NCBI GenBank assembly: GCA_012295275.1
Contig: CM022667.1
Location: 5,270,001 to 5,334,000 of the forward strand
DNA: 64,000 nucleotides
From: Chrysomallon squamiferum
Taxonomy: Eukaryota > Animalia > Mollusca
Direction: 5' to 3'
Position numbers and translations under genes: made by a program. Below the pieces are notes generated by a model, which saw only the letters and a program-made list of their open reading frames with translations, was not told where the DNA came from and did not search any database. Position 1 is the stretch's first letter; each line of letters opens with the position of its first letter. Of this stretch, positions 15,101 to 30,100 are shown piece after piece.

Positions 15101-18100
15101 CTTTCTCTTTAAATTATTATTATTGATGTTGTTGTTTTTAAGTAATAAAAGAAAATTTTATTTTATTTTATTTAAGTAGTCGTGGAATAAAGCACGAAAC
15201 AATTTCAAGTGCAAAGATCAAGACTTTAGCTATTGTCTCTTAGAAAATGTACGACGTAAATTAACATTACTATCATAGTCTATATTTTTGGATAATATAA
15301 TAAAAATAAAATCAATAAATCATAAATAGACAATTAAATGGGAAAAGAAAACTTTTATAATAATATTGAACAAAATTATGGCAATCGAATAAAAAATTTT
15401 TTTAGATAAATTAGAGGAATGAGATAAAATTAAAATATTAAAATAAAACTGAAAGAACAAAAAAATATATTTTGTAAAGCATGATTGAGTATGACGAAAC
15501 TTACCATTCGTATCAGGGAGAGGGGGTTTTGGAACGGGGGCTTAGGAAGAAAAGAAAAGAAATGTAGAAAGAAATAAAGAAGACAAAATATTTTAAAGTC
15601 ATCAAGCAAATATTAATGTTAAAGGGTAAAATGTAGTAAAAAGAATAAATAATGAAGAACACAACTGCAGTACATTATGTATTTGTGTTCATTAAATACA
15701 ATTTATGGGGAATGTACTATGACTAACGGCTCTTATCTGATTGTGTTGGGTAAGTACAGATTAACGGAAATATTGATCAACTAATGCATTTCATCCAATT
15801 CTGTTATTTAAATACAGTTTACAGGAAACGCAGCATGAATAATGTATTTTGTCTGTTTGTGTCAGTTAAGTAAAGTTTACAGGAAATGCAGCTTGACTAA
15901 TATATTTTATCTACTTGAGTTCGTTAGGAACAATGTATAAGAAATGTTGTACAACTAATGCATAAATAAGATATTAATGTATTAATTATATTATGAGGAA
16001 AAGTTGTAGAAATAAAGTGGAAATGATTAACAGTTTAAAAAGAATTAGTGATGTTAAAAAAAAAAAGAGTAAAATATATAACTTAATAATAATAATATAC
16101 AGTTTATAGGAAACGTAGAATGACTAATGTATTTTCTCTATTTGTCTTAGTTAAGTACAGTTTACAGGAAATGCAGCTTGATTTATGTATTTTATCTACT
16201 TGAGTTAGTTAGGAAGAATGCATAGGAAATGTTCCACAAGGAATGTATTAATACGACTGGGTATGACGAATCTTACCGATACGTTTGGGTCTTCCTGAAA
16301 GTTGTGAGGTAAAATGATAGAAATAAAGTGGAAATGATTAAAAGTTTTAAAAGAAATAGTGATATTAAAGAAAAAAACAAGTAGAAAATATATCATAACG
16401 ATAATGAAAAATAAAATAAATAATAAGAAATGAATTTTCATGCATTCATATATCTATCTATATATATATATATAGATACACACACCCACTCATATATAAA
16501 TACATACAAACACATAAATACATTATATACACAAACATATATATTGAGTAAATTTTTGAATAACTCATCTTGAATGGTATTTCATATCCTAAGTCTGAAT
16601 TATATATATTAATTAATTGTGAACTATAATTTTTTGTGTGGGTAATTTGCAGAAATTATTGGAATGGATTCTAGTTCTCTTATAAAAGTAAAGAGATTAA
16701 TAAAATACTATGAACGCTTTTGCTGTTTAGGTAATGGAAGCGGAAATCGAAATAGAAAAAAAATTAAATTAAAAGAAATCAAAAATATGAGAAAGAAATA
16801 AAATGTTAATATTAAACTCATAGAGAAGATATATTTGTAAAGTATTAGGGGCAGATTGCAGTGGTAACTGCATATTTTTTACCTACCTCTGTTCGTTAAG
16901 TACACTTTATAGGTGGTACTTATTTCCTAATTAGATTGAGTATCATGAAACTTACCCTCGCAATCAATGGCGACTGAAAAGTTTTAGGAAGAAAATAAAA
17001 CCAATGCAGAATCGAACAAAGGAGGAAAAACTGTATAAAACTTATCAAGTAAATATTAGTATACACGAGAAAGAAGTATGTATGTCTATGTATAAATTAG
17101 TGAATGTGGATATATATTTCTATGTGTAATCTGGTACGCATGGTATTTTATATCTTAAGGCTGAATTATTTATAATAATTAATTGTGAACAATGATTTGT
17201 GTTTTCATAAATAGCAGAACTTATTCGAATGTATTTCATTTCTCTAATAAAACTAAGGAGAATAATAAAGTTGTATATATGCGTTTCGTGTTTTAGTAAT
17301 CGAAGTAAATTTTAATTTTATTTAGTTTAAGTAGAGTTGGAACGAAATACGAAAGAATTTCAAGTCCAGATGTCAAGATTTTATCTACTGTCTTTTAGAA
17401 AATGTATGACGTCAATTAACATTACTTTCATTGTCTATATTTTCAGATGATATAACAAAAATAAAATAAATAAAGCGTAAATAGACAATTAAATGGTATA
17501 AGATAACTTTTATAATAATATTGAAAAAAGTACATGGAAATCGAATAAAATAAAATCTAAGATAAATTAAACGAATGAGAAAGAAATAAAATATCAAAAT
17601 AAAACAGAAAGATCAAAAAACGTATTTGTAAAGCACGACTGAGAATGTCCAAACTTACTTTCCGGATCATCGTCGTCTGGAAAGGGGAGTGTATAGACTC
17701 AGTAAGAAAATAAAGGAAATGTAGAAACAAATAAAGAAGAAAAAATATTAAAAAGTCATAAAGTAAATATTAATATTAAAGAGTAAAATGTAGTAAAATG
17801 AATAAAAATAAAAAAAATACAACTGCAGTACTTTATCTATCTGTGTTCATTAAATACACTTTATGGGGAATGTACTACGACTAACGGATCTTATCTGGTT
17901 CTGTTGGGTAAGTACAGACTAACGGAAATATTGATGAACTAATGCATTTTATCTATTTGTCTTACTCAAAATACAGTTTACAGGAAACATAGCACGACTG
18001 ATGTATTTTGTATGTTTGTGTTAGTTAAGTACAGTTTCATCAATTTTTGTTACATAAATACAGTTTATAGGAACCGTAGCATGACTAATGTATTTTCTGT

Positions 18101-21100
18101 GTTTGTGTTAGTTAAGTACAGTTTACTGGAAATCCAGCTTGATTTATGTATTTTATCTACTTGAGTTAGTTAGGAACAATGTATAAGAACTATTGTACAA
18201 TTAATGTATTAATACGACTGGGTATGATGAAACTTACCCTTAGGTTTGCTGCCGGCTGAAAATTATGAGGAAAAATGATAGAAATAAAGTGGAAATGATT
18301 AGAAGTTTAAAAAGAAGTAGTGATGTTAAAGAAAGAAATAAAGTAAAATATATAACTTAATAATAATGAAACAAGAAAATAAATAATAAGTAATGTATAT
18401 ACACACATTCATATATATATATATATATATATATAGATATATAGCAAATGTTAGAATCAGTTATGTTCAATGGTATTTAATATGCTAAGGGTGAATTTTG
18501 TATAATCATTAATTGTGAAGTATAATTTTGTTTGTGGATGATTTGCAGAAATTATTGAAATGAATGGCAATTCTCTAATAAAACTTAAGTGATTAATAAA
18601 ATAGTGTGAACGCTTTTGTTGTTGATGTAAAGGAAGTGAAAATCGAAATAGAATAAAACGAAAGTTTAGAAAAATTAAACGAATGAGATAGAAATAAAAT
18701 ATTAATATAAAACAAAGAGAAAATATATTTGTTAAGTATTAAGGGCAGATTGCAGTGGTAACTGCAGTATTTTACCTACCTCTGCTCGTTAAGTACACTT
18801 TATAGGTGCTACTTATTTCCTAATTAAATTCAGTATCATGAAACTTACCATCGACATCACTGGCGACTGAAAAGTGTTAGAAAGAAAATAAAAGCAATGT
18901 TGAAACAAAGAAAGAAGGAAAAAATGTTAGAAGATTATCAAGTAAATATTAATATTCATCAAAAAAAATAAAATAAAAAATACAGTGAAATGATTTAATA
19001 ATTTATAACACAAGGACAGTACTTTTTCTATTGGTGTTTATTAAGTACTTTTAATGGGAAATGTACTATTACTCACGGAACTTATCTACTTGTTTTAGAC
19101 AAGTACAGTTTATAGTGCATCTGGTTTGACTAACGCATTTTCTCTACTTATGTTAGTTAAGTATAGTTTAGTGTACATATTTATTAACTGATGTATTTGA
19201 TCAATTTGTTTTTCTAAAGTTCTGTTTACAGGAAACGTAGCATGACTAAACCATTTTATAATTTTCTCTGAGTTAAGTACACATACTGGAAATGCGATAT
19301 GACTAATAAATATTAACTACTTGAGTTAATATGTACAATTATTACGAAATGTAGTAAAACTAATGTATAAATGGGTCTGGGTATGACGAAACTTACCCTG
19401 AATATTGCTGTCGTCTGAAAATATGAGGAAAAACAAAATACATAAATGAAAAACATAAAATGTAATAGAAAATACATAGAAAGGATATTGTAGAAAATGG
19501 TAAAATATAATAAATAAATGAACAATAAGGAAACAAGAAAATAAATCTTAACGAAAGAAGAAAAAATGCAAAAGACAAAACGACCAACAACAACAAGAAA
19601 CGTTATAATATTAAAACATATTAACATTATTGATTAGGTGTATTACATTTAGGACTTTTCATTATTTATTTTCAATTACTTCTTTCTCTTTAAATTATTA
19701 TTATTGATGTTGTTGTTTTTAAGTAATAAAAGAAAATTTTATTTTATTTATTTAAGTAGTCGTGGAATAAAGCACGAAACAATTTCAAGTGCAAAGATCA
19801 AGACTTTAGCTATTGTCTCTTAGAAAATGTACGACGTAAATTAACATTACTATCATAGTCTATATTTTTGGATAATATAATAAAAATAAAATCAATAAAT
19901 CATAAATAGACAATTAAATGGGAAAAGAAAACTTTTATAATAATATTGAACAAAATTATGGCAATCGAATAAAATAAAAATTTAGATAAATTAGAGGAAT
20001 GAGATAAAATTAAAATATTAAAATAAAACTGAAAGAACAAAAAAATATATTTTGTAAAGCATGATTGAGTATGACGAAACTTACCATTCGTATCAGGGAG
20101 AGGGGGTTTTGGAACGGGGGCTTAGGAAGAAAAGAAAAGAAATGTAGAAAGAAATAAAGAAGACAAAATATTTTAAAGTCATCAAGCAAATATTAATGTT
20201 AAAGGGTAAAATGTAGTAAAAAGAATAAATAATGAAGAACACAACTGCAGTACATTATCTATTTGTGTTCATTAAATACAATTTATGGGGAATGTACTAT
20301 GACTAACGGATCTTATCTGATTGTGTTGGGTAAGTACAGATTAACGGAAATATTGATCAACTAATGCATTTCATCCAATTCTGTTATTTAAATACAGTTT
20401 ACAGGAAACGCAGCATGAATAATGTATTTTGTCTGTTTGTGTCAGTTAAGTAAAGTTTACAGGAAATGCAGCTTGATTTATGTATTTTATCTACTTGAGT
20501 TCGTTAGGAACAATGTATAAGAAATGTTGTACAACTAATGTATAAATAAGATATTAATGTATTAATTATATTACGAGGAAAAGTTGTAGAAATAAAGTGG
20601 AACTGATTAACAGTTTAAAAAGAATTAGTGATGTTAAAAAAAAAAAAAGTAAAATATATAACTTAATAATAATGAAACAAGAAAATAAATAATAAGGAAT
20701 GTAGATATACACATTCATATATATATATATGCATAAACCAATACCGTCGATACTAAGTTATATATATATATATATATACATATATAAGAATAATAGAAGT
20801 TGTATAAGCGCCTTTCGTGTTTAAGTAATAAAGTAAATTTAATTTAATTTAATTTATTTGAACGAGGAATGAAGTACGAAATAATTTCAAGTAAAAAGGT
20901 CTAGATTTTATCTACTGTCCCTTCGAAAATTTAGGACGTAAATTAACAGTACTATCATTGTCTATATTGTCTGATAATATAACAAAATAAAATAAATAAA
21001 ACATAAATAGACAATTAAATGGCATTAAAAAACATTAATAATAATATTGAAAAAATATTGAAATCGAATAAAACGAAAATTACGAGAAATTAAACAAATG

Positions 21101-24100
21101 AGAAAGAAATAAAATATTAAAACAAAACTGAAAGAACGAAACAAATTGTAAAAGTTTACGAGTAGATTACAGTGCCGACAGTAGTATTTTACCTAACTGC
21201 GTTCGTTAAGTACAGTTAATAGTTTTCACTAATTTTCTAATAAGGTTGAGTATGACGAAACTTACCATGCATATCAGGAAGAGGGGGTTCTGGAACGGGG
21301 GCTTAGGAAGAAAAGAAAAGAAATGTAGAAAGAAATAAAGAAGACAAAATATTTTAAAGTCATCAAGCAAATATTAATGTTAAAGGGTAAAATGTAGTAA
21401 AAAGAATAAATAATGAAAAACACAACTGCAGTACATTATCTATTTGTGTTCATTAAATACAATTTATGGGGAATGTACTATGACTAACGGATCTTATCTG
21501 ATTGTGTTGGGTAAGTACAGATTAACGCAAATATTGATCAACTAATGCATTTCATCCAATTCTGTTATTTAAATACAGTTTACAGGAAACGCAGCATGAA
21601 TAATGTATTTTGTCTGTTTGTGTCAGTTAAGTAAAGTTTACAGGAAATGCAGTTTGACTAATATATTTTATCTACTTGAGTTCGTTAGGAACAATGTATA
21701 AGAAATGTTGTACAACTAATGCATAAATAAGATATTAATGTATTAATTATATTATGAGGAAAAGTTGTAGAAATAAAGTGGAAATGATTAACAGTTTAAA
21801 AAGAATTAGTGATGTTAAAAAAAAAAAAGAGTAAAATATATAACTTAATAATAATAATATACAGTTTATAGGAAACGTAGAATGACTAATGTATTTTCTC
21901 TATTTGTCTTAGTTAAGTACAGTTTACAGGAAATGCAGCTTGATTTATGTATTTTATCTACTTGAGTTAGTTAGGAAGAATGCATAGGACATATTCGACA
22001 ACGAATGTATTAATACGACTGGGTATGACGAATCTTACCGATAGGTTTGGGTCTTGCTGAAAGTTGTGAGGTAAAATGATAGAAATAAAGTAGAAATGAT
22101 TAAAAGTTTTAAAAGAAATAGTGATATTAAAGAAAAAAACAAGTAGAAAATATATCATAACGATAATGAAAAATAAAATAAATAATAAGAAATGAATTTT
22201 CATGCATTCATATATCTATCTATATATATATATAGATACACACACCCACTCATATATAAATACATACAAACACATAAATACATTATATACACAAACATAT
22301 ATATTGAGTAAATTTTAGAATAACTCATCTTGAATGGTATTTCATATGCTAAGTCTGAATTATATATATTAATTAATTGTGAACTATAATTTTTTGTGTG
22401 GGTAATTTGCAGAAATTATTGGAATGGATTCTAGTTCTCTTATAAAAGTAAAGAGATTAATAAAATACTATGAACGCTTTTGCTGTTTAGGTAATGGAAG
22501 CGGAAATCGAAATAGAAAAAAAATTAAATAAAAAGAAATCAAAAATATGAGAAGGAAATAAAATGTTAATATTAAACTCATAGAAAAAATATATTTGTAA
22601 AGTATTAGGGGCAGATTGCAGTGGTAACTGCAGTATTTTACGTACCTCTGTTCGTTAAGTACACTTTATAGGTGGTACTTATTTCCTAATTAGATTGAGT
22701 ATCATGAAACTTACCCTCGAAATCAATGGCGACTGAAAAGTTTTAGGAAGAAAATAAAACCAATGCAGAATCGAATAAAGGAGGAAAAACTGTTTAAAAC
22801 TTATCAAGTAAATATTAGTATACACGAGAAAGAAGTATGTATGTCTGTGTATAAATCAGTGAATGTGGATATATATTTATATATGTAATCTGGTATGGAT
22901 GGTATTTTATATCTTAAGGCTGAATTATATATAATAATTAATTGTGAACAATGGTTTGTGTTTTCATAAATAGCAGAACTTATTCGAATGTATTTCATTT
23001 CTCTAATAAAACTAAGGAGAATAATAAAGTTGTATATATGCGTTTCGTGTTTTAGTAATCGAAGTAAATTTTAATTTTATTTAGTTTAAGTAGAGTTGGA
23101 ATGAAATACGAAAGAATTTCAAGTCCAGATGTCAAGATTTTATCTACTGTCTTTTAGAAAATGTATGACGTCAATTAACATTACTATCATTGTCTCTATT
23201 TTCAGATGATATAACAAAAATAAAATAAATAAAGCGTAAATAGACAATTAAATGGTATAAGATAACTTTTATAATAGTATTGAAAAAAGTACATGGAAAT
23301 CGAATAAAATAAAATCTAAGATAAATTAAACGAATGAGAAAGAAATAAAATATCAAAATAAAACAGAAAGATCAAAAAACGTATTTGTAAAGCACGATTG
23401 AGAATGTCCAAACTTACTTTCCGGATCATCGTCGTCTGGAAAGGGGAGTGTATAGACTCAGTAAGAAAATAAAGGAAATGTAGAAAAAAATAAAGAAGAA
23501 AAAATATTAAAAAGTCATAAAGTAAATATTAATATTAAAGAGTAAAATGTAGTAAAATGAATAAATAATAAAAAATACAACTGCAGTACTTTATCTATCT
23601 GTGTTCATTAAATACACTTTATGGGGAATGTACTACGACTAACGGATCTTATCTGGTTCTGTTGGGTAAGTACAGACTAACGGAAATATTGATTAACTGA
23701 ATCGTTCGATCAATTTTTGTTACATAAATACAGTTTATAGGAAACGTAGAATAACTAATGTATTTTATCTATTTGTCTTACTCAAAATACAGTTTACAGG
23801 AAACCTAGCATGACTAATGTATTTTCTGTGTTTGTGTTAGTTAAGTACAGTTTCATCAATTTTTGTTACATAAATACAGTTTATAGGAAACGTAGCATGA
23901 CTAATGTATTTTCTTTATTTGTCTTAGTTAAGTACAGTTTACTGGAAATCCAGCTTGATTTATGTATTTTATCTACTTGAGTTAGTTAGGAACAATGTAT
24001 AAGAACTATTGTACAATTAATGTATTAATTCGACTGGGTATGATGAAACTTACCCTTAGGTTTGCTGCCGGCTGAAAATTATGAGGAAAAATGATAGAAA

Positions 24101-27100
24101 TAAAGTGGAAATGATTAGAAGTTTAAAAAGAAGTAGTGATGTTACAGAAAGAAATAAAGTAAAATATATAACTTAATAATAATGAAACAAGAAAATAAAT
24201 AATAAGTAATGTATATACACACATTCATATATATATATATATCTATATATATAGCAAATGTTAGAATAAGTTATGTTCAATGGTGTTTAATATGCTAAGG
24301 GTGAACTTTGTATAATCATTAATTTTGAAGTATAATTTTGTTTGTGGATAAGTTGCAGAAATTATTGAAATGAATGGCAATTCTCTAATAAAACTTAAGT
24401 GATTAATAAAATAGTGTGAACGCTTTTGCTGTTGATGTAAAGGAAGTGAAAATCGAAATAGAATAAAACGAAAATTAAGAAAAATTAAACGCATGAGATA
24501 GAAATAAAATATTAATATAAAACAAAGAGAAAATATATTTGTTAAGTATTACGGGCAGATTGCAGTGGTAACAGCAGTATTTTACCTACCTCTGCTCGTT
24601 AAGTACACTTTATAGGTGGTACTTACTTCCTAATTAAATTCAGTATCATGAAACTTACCATCGACATCACCGGCGACTGAAAAGTAGTAGAAAGAAAATA
24701 AAAGCAATGTTGAAACAAAGAAAGAAGGAAAAAATGTTAGAAGATTATCAAGTAAATATTAATATTCATCAAAAAAATAAAAAATAAAAAATACAGAGAA
24801 ATGATTTAATAATTTATAACACAAGGACAGTACTTTTTCTATTGGTGTTTATTAAGTACTTTTAATGGGAAATGTACTATTACTCACGGATCTTATCTAC
24901 TTGTTTTAGACAAGTACAGTTTATAGTGCATCTGGTTTGACTAACGCATTTTCTCTACTTATGTTAGTTAAGTATAGTTTAGTGTACATATTTATAAACT
25001 GATGTATTTTATCAATTTGTTTTTCTAAAGTTCTTAATACAGGAAACGTAGCATGACTAAACCATTTTCGATTTTTCTCTGAGTTAAGTACACATACTGG
25101 AAATGCGATATGACTAATAAATATTAACTACTTGAGTTAATATGTACAATTATTACGAAATTTAGTAAAACTAATGTATAAATGGGTCTGGGTATGACGA
25201 AACTTACCCTGAATATTGCTGTCGTCTGAAAATATGAGGAAAAACAAAATAAATAAATGAAAAACATAAAATGTAATAGAAAATATATAGAAAGGATATT
25301 GTAGAAAATGGTAAAATATAATAAATAAATGAACAATAAGGAAACAAGAAAATAAATCTTAACGAAAGAAGAAAAAATGCAAAAGACAAAACGACCAACA
25401 ACAACAAGAAACGTTATAATATTAAAACATATTAACATTACTGATTAGGTGTATTACATTTAGGACTTTTCATTATTTATTTTCAATTACTTCTTTCTCT
25501 TTAAATTATTATTATTGATGTTGTTGTTTTTAAGTAATAAAAGAAAATTTTATTTTATTTATTTAAGTAGTCGTGGAATAAAGCACGAAACAATTTCAAG
25601 TGCAAAGATCAAGACTTTAGCTATTGTCTCTTAGAAAATGTACGACGTAAATTAACATTACTATCATTGTCTATATTTTTGGATAATATAATAAAAATAA
25701 AATCAATAAATCATAAATAGACAATTAAATGGGAAAAGAAAACTTTTATAATAATATTGAACAAAATTATGGCAATCGAATAAAATAAAAATTTAGATAA
25801 ATTAGAGGAATGAGATAAAATTAAAATATTAAAATAAAACTGAAAGAACAAAAAAATATATTTTGTAAAGCATGATTGAGTATGACGAAACTTACCATTC
25901 GTATCAGGGAGAGGGGGTTCTGGAACGGGGGCTTAGGAAGAGAAGAAAAGAAATGTAGAAAGAAATAAAGAAGACAAAATATTTTAAAGTCATCAAGCAA
26001 ATATTAATGTTAAAGGGTAAAATGTAGTAAAATGAATAAATAATGAAGAACACAACTGCAGTACATTATCTATTTGTGTTCATTAAATACAATTTATGGG
26101 GAATGTACTATGACTAACGGCTCTTATCTGATTGTGTTGGGTAAGTACAGATTAACGGAACTATTGATGAACTAATGCATTTCATCCAATTCTGTTATTT
26201 AAATACAGTTTACAGGAAACGCAGCATGAATAATGTATTTTGTCTGTTTGTGTCAGTTAAGTAAAGTTTACCGGAAATGCAGTTTGACTAATATATTTTA
26301 TCTACTTGAGTTCGTTAGGAACAATGTATAAGAAATGTTGTACAACTAATGTATAAATAAGATATTAATGTATTAATTATATTATGAGGAAAAGTTGTAG
26401 AAATAAAGTGGAAATGATTAACAGTTTAAAAAGAATTAGTGATGTTAAAAAAAAAAAAAAGTAAAATATATAACTTAATAATAATGAAACAAGAAAATAA
26501 ATAATAAGGAATGTAGATATACACATTCATATATATATATATGCATAGATCAATACCGTCGACACTAAGTTATATATATATATATATATATATATATAAG
26601 AATAATAGAAGTTGTATAAAAGCCTTTCGTGTTTAATTAATAAAGTAAATTTAATTTAATTTAATTTATTTGAACGAGGAATGAAGTACGAAACAATTTC
26701 AAGTCCAGATGTCAAGATTTATCTACTGTCAGTTAAAGAATGTATGACGTAAATTAACATTACTATCATTGTCTATATTGTCTGATAATATAACAAAATA
26801 AAATAAATAAAACATAAATAGACAATTAAATGGCATAAAAAAACATTAATAATAATATTGAAAAAATACTGAAATCGAATAAAACGAAAATTAAGAGAAA
26901 TTAAACGAATGAGAAAGAAATAAAATATTAAAACAAAACTGAAAGAACGAAACAAATTGTAAAAGTTTACGAGTAGATTACAGTGGCGACAGTAGTATTT
27001 TACCTAACTTCGTTCGTTAAGTACAGTTAATAGTTTTCACTAATTTCCTAATAAGGTTGAGTATGACGAAACTTACCATGCATATCATTTCCGACTGGAC

Positions 27101-30100
27101 CGTAGATTGGATACTCTTAGGAAGAAAATGAAAGAAATGTAAAAGAAATAAAGAAGAACAAATATTAAAAAGTGATAAAGTAGATATTAATATTAAAGAG
27201 AAAAATGTAGTAAAATGAATTAATAATAAAGATCACAACCGCTGTATCTTCTTTATTTGCGTTCATTACGTACAATTTATGATGCATGAACTATGACTAA
27301 CGGATCTTATCTGCTTGTGATGGATAAGTACAGTCTAACGGAAATATTAATTAACTGAAGCGTTTGATCAATTTTTGTTACATAAATACAGTTTATAGGA
27401 AACGTAGAATGACTAATGTATTTTCTCTATTTGTCTTAGTTAAGTACAGTTTACAGGAAATGCAGCTTGATTTATCTATTTTATCTACTTCAGTTAGTTA
27501 GGAAGAATGCATAGGAAATGTTCCACAAGGAATGTATTAATACGACTGGGTATGATGAATCTTACCGATAAGTTCGGGTCCGTCTGAAGGTTGTGAGGTA
27601 AAATGATAGAAATAAAGTGAAAATGATTAAAAGTTTTAAAAGAAATAGTGATATTATAAAAAAAAAAAGTAGAAAATATATCATAACGATAATGAAAAAT
27701 AAAATAAATAATAAGAAATGAATTTTCATGCATTCATATATCTATCTATATATATATATAGATACACACACACACACTCATATATAAATACATACACACA
27801 CATAAATACATTATATACACAAACATATATATTGAGTAAATTTTAGAATAACTCATCTTGAATGGTATTTCATATGCTAAGTCTGAATTATATATATTAA
27901 TTAATTGTGAACTATAATTTTTTGTGTGGGTAATTTGCAGAAATTATTGGAATAGATTGTAGTTCTGTTATAAAAGTAAAGAGATTAATAAAATACTATG
28001 AACGCTTTTGCTGTTTAGGTAATGGAAGCGAAAATCGAAATAGAAAAAAAATTAAATTAAAAGAAATCAAAAATATGAGAAGGAAATAAAATGTTAATAT
28101 TAAACTCATAGAGAAAATATATTTGTAAAGTATTAGGGGCAGATTGCAGTGGTAACTGCAGTATTTTACCTACCTCTGTTCGTTAAGTACACTTTATAGA
28201 TGGTACTTATTTCCTAATTAGATTGAGTATCATGAAACTTACCCTCGAAATCAATGGCGACTGAAAAGTTTTAGGAAGAAAATAAAACCAATGCAGAATC
28301 GAATAAAGGAGGAAAAACTGTTTAAAACTTATCAAGTAAATATTAGTATACACGAGAAAGAAGTATGTATGTCTGTATATAAATCAGTGAATGTGGATAT
28401 ATATTTATATATGTAATCTGGTACGGATGGTATTTTATATCTTAACACTGAATTATATATAATAATTAATTGTGAACAATGGTTTGTGTTTTCATAAATA
28501 GCAGAACTTATTCGAATGTATTTCATTTCTCTAATAAAACTAAGGAGAATAATAAAGTTGTATATATGCGTTTCGTGTTTTAGTAATCGAAGTAAATTTT
28601 AATTTTATTTAGTTTAAGTAGAGTTGGAACGAAATACGAAAGAATTTCAAGTCCAATACTCAAGATTTTTTCTACTGTCTTTTAGAAAATGTATGACGTC
28701 AATTAACATTACTCTATTTTCAGATGATATAACAAAAATAAAATAAATAAAGCGTAAACAGACAATTAAATGGTATAAGATAACTTTTATAATAGTATTG
28801 AAAAAAGTACATGGAAATCGAATAAAATAAAATCTAAGATAAATTAAACGAATGAGAAAGAAATAAAATATCAAAATAAAACAGAAAGATCAAAAAACGT
28901 ATTTGTAAAGGACGATTGAGAATGTCCAAACTTACTTTCCGGTTCATCGTCGTCTGGAAAGGGGAGTGTATAGACTCAGTAAGAAAATAAAGGAAATGTA
29001 GAAACAAATAAAGAAGAAAAAATATTAAAAAGTCATAAAGTAAATATTAATATTCAAGAGTAAAATGTAGTAAAATGAATAAATAATAAAAAATACAACT
29101 GCAGTACTTTATCTATCTGTGTTCATTAAATACACTTTATGGGGAATGTACTACGACTAACGGATCTTATCTGATTCTGTTGGGTAAGTACAGACTAACG
29201 GAAATATTGATAAACTAATACATTTGATCTATTTGTCTTACTCAAAATACAGTTTACAGGAAACCTAGCATGACTGATGTATTTTGTATGTTTGTGTTAG
29301 TTAAGTACAGTTTCATCAATTTTTGTTACATAAATACAGTTTATAGGAAACGTAGCATGACTAATCTATTTTCTCTATTTGTCTTAGTTAAGTACAGTTT
29401 ACAGGAAATGCAGCTTGACTAATATATTTTATCTTCTTGAGTTAGTTAGGAACAATGTATAAGAACTATTGTACAATTAATGTATTAATTCGACTGGGTA
29501 TGATGAAACTTACCCTTAGGTTTGCTGCCGGCTGAAAATTATGAGGAAAAATGATAGAAATAAAGTGGAAATGATTAAAAGTTTAAAAAGAAGTAGTGAT
29601 GTTACAGAAACAAAATAAAGTAAAATTTAACTTAATAATAATGAAACAAGGAAATAAATAATAAGTAATGTATATACACACATTCATATATGAGTATATG
29701 TATATGTATAGTAAATGTTAGAATTATTTATGTTCAATGGTATTTAATATGCTAAGTGTGAACTTTTATATCATAATTAATTGTGACGTATAATTTTGTT
29801 TGTGGATAAGTTGCAGAAATTATTGGAATGAATTGCAGATCTCTAATAAAAGTAAAGAGATTAATAAAACAGTGTGATCGGTTTTGCTGTTGAGGTAAAG
29901 GAAGTGAAAATCGAAATAGAATAAAACGAAAATTAAGAAAAATTAAACGAATGAAATAGAAATAAAATATTGATATAAAACTGAAAGAGAAAATATATTT
30001 GTTAAGTATTACGGGCAGATTGCAGTGGTAACAGCAGTATTTTACTTACCTCTGCTCGTTAAGTACACTTTATAGGTGGTACTTATTTCCTAATTAAATT

